A stretch of DNA of 55,906 bases from Sphaeroforma arctica JP610 (lineage: Eukaryota), in contig NW_014040518.1 in assembly GCF_001186125.1 (NCBI RefSeq), positions 60,604 to 116,509 of the forward strand, read 5' to 3'. Below, one piece after another: positions 53,311-55,906 of the stretch. Numbering within the stretch: the first letter of the stretch is position 1; each line of letters starts with the position of its first letter. A model generated the notes under the pieces. The model was not told the origin of the DNA and did not search any database. It worked only from the letters and a program-made list of their open reading frames with translations. The position numbers and the translations under genes were made by a program.

Positions 53311-54004
53311 CAGGTGTATGGATTAAAACACTAAACCCTAAAAACCCTTCGCCACGAAGGCTGTAGGCCACCTGCCGTCAGTGAGAGAGCGTCGATGAGA
53401 TGCCAAAGATGTGACACCACACTCGACAACGCGTGACGCGATGTGCCTTTGCAATAGACGACGCACGTGACAGCAGTGCCGCACACACGTGTGTGCACCT
53501 CAGCAGCATACTCGGGGACACGCACCAACAAAATGGGATCAACTACATAGTGGAGAACACATCAATACCCATAGCACGCTAAACAGAAACAGCATGTGCA
53601 CACCAATGCCATACCACACTATTTCAGTACGCGCACACCAATGGCATGGTACAACGCCACATTATATGCACACCAATAGCATACATCGGGATTTGGCGGA
53701 AAAGCACTCGTCTTCCATTCACAGCCATAGAACCACATAACGGAGCACCCCTTACAATCAGATGACAAACCAATCAACCCCAGACACCCGCACCCGCGAA
53801 ATGCTATAGGACACCCCGGCCAATGAGATGCCTATCAAAACATCTAAGCCAATGAGATACTTGTAAATACATCTAAGCCAATGAGATGCCTATCAAAACA
53901 TCTAACTCAATGAGATGTCTATAAAAACATCTAGGAATAAACAATCGGGTAACAAAGACATCGACCACAGAAGTCGGCAGTGTAGACTAGTCATCATCAG
54001 TGAT

Positions 54005-55900
54005 AGAATAAACAATGGTACATCTTATAATAAACAATGACACAGCTTATAATAACAATGGTACATCGTATAGTAATCAATGGTACATCCTATAAGAAAC
54101 AATGGGACATCTTACAATCAACAATGGTCCATCTTATAATAACAATGACACAGCATATAATAAACGATGGTACATTTTATAATAAACAATGGTACATCAT
54201 ATAATAAACAATGGGACATCTTATAATAATCAATGGTACATCTTATAATAAACAATGGCACATCTTATAATAAACAATGGAACATCTTATAAAAACAATG
54301 GTACATCTTATAATAAACAATGGTACATCATATAATAAACAATGGGACATCTTATAATAATCAATGGTACATCTTATAATAAACAATGGCACATCTTATA
54401 ATAAACAATGCAACATCTTATAAAAACAATGGTACATCTTATAATAAACAATGGTACACCTTATATTCAATAATGGAAAATAATATAGTAAACAATGAGA
54501 TATCGTGTTTATCTTATAGTATACAATGAGATATCTTATAATAAACAATGACACATCTTATAAAATACAATGGGACATCTCACAATCAACAATAGTACAT
54601 CTTAAAGTAAACAATGGTGCATCTTATAAAAAAACCATGACCCATCTTATATTAAACAATGGGACATCTTATCATAAACAATGGGGCATCTTATAAAAAA
54701 CGATGACATAACTTAAAATCAACAATGGGGCATCTTATAATAAACAATGGGATATCTTATAATAGACAATGGGACATCTTATAAAAACGAATAGTACAGT
54801 TTATAAAAGACTATGATACGTCATATTACAAAAAATGATATATCTGATAGTACACAATGGATCATCTTATAATAAACAAAGGGACATCTTATAATAAACA
54901 ATGAGAATTCTCATTATAAACGATGGGAAACTTTTAATAAACAATGGTACATCTTATAATAAACAATGGGACATCTTATAATAAACAATGGTATATCTTG
55001 TAATAAACAATGTCACATCTTTTAATAAACAATGAGACATCATATGATAAACAATGGGACATCTTAACATAAACAATGAGAAATCTTATGATAGACAATG
55101 ATACATCCTATAGTACACAATAAGACATCTTATAATAAACAATGGTACATCTTGTAATAAACAACGACACATCTTATAATAAACAATGAGACATCATATG
55201 GTAAACAATGGAACATATTATAATCAACAATGGGACATCTTATAATAAACAATGGTGCATCTTATATTAAATAATGGGAAATTTCATAGTAAACAATGGG
55301 ACATCTAATAGTAAACACTGGGATATCTTATAATAAACAATGGGACATCTTATAATAAACAATGGCACATCTTATAGTAAACAATGATGCATCCTATAAG
55401 AAACAATGGTGTATCGTATAATATTAATAAAAACCGTGGTACATCTTATACTGAACAATAGCACATCCTATAATAAACAAGGGGACTTCTTATAACAAAC
55501 AATGGTACATCTTATAATGAACAATGAAACACCTTTAAATAAACAATGGTACATCTTATAATAAACAATCACACATCTTATAATAAACAATGCAACATCT
55601 TATAATAACAATGCTACATCTTATAATAAACATCCGTACAGTATATATTAAACAATGGAAAATCTTACAATAAGCAATGGGTCATCTTATAGTAAACAAT
55701 GAGATATCTTATAATAAACAATGACACATCTTATAATAAACAATGTGACATTTCACAATCAACAATGGTACATCTTAGAGTAAACAATGCTACATCTTAA
55801 AATAGACAATGACACAACTTATAATCAACAATGGGACATCTTATAATGAACAATTGTGCATCCTATAAGAAACAATGGGATATCTTATAATAACTATGGT
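54005..55900. repeat. 22-bp satellite array (over 80 copies), running to the window end
   Basis: Consensus tataataaacaatgg(g/t)acatct with diverged monomers. Confidence 0.95.
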
Positions 55901-55906
55901 GCTGAG

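Overview
Intron-rich eukaryotic genomic DNA with GT-AG spliceosomal introns, abundant (TA)n/(CA)n microsatellites and many minisatellites. The style suggests a unicellular eukaryote, possibly an ichthyosporean-like holozoan, but that is inference only. Five protein-coding genes were assembled exon by exon with consistent reading phases: a heat-shock-factor family transcription factor (-, 715-6263), mitochondrial ATP synthase gamma (-, 11142-16793) head-to-head with ATP synthase epsilon (+, 18814-20671), a fidgetin-like 1 AAA ATPase (-, 26504-35493), and an 18-exon EDR2-like PH-START-DUF1336 lipid-transfer protein (+, 38064-52342). Most short ORFs in the supplied track are repeat or antisense noise. 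The most interesting unannotated signals are: (1) three diverged paralogous box H/ACA snoRNA-like elements (21209-22263) whose 5' pockets match the conserved LSU rRNA sequence UUGAUU-U-U-CAGUA; (2) a two-helix hydrophobic hairpin inserted inside the START domain of the EDR2-like protein; (3) the divergent gamma/epsilon rotor-subunit gene pair; (4) tandem duplications copying a splice donor, a splice acceptor and the stop codon of the EDR2-like gene; (5) decayed LINE and BED-finger relics; (6) a 22-bp satellite array running off the window end. All homology calls rest on recalled family motifs; no database search was run.
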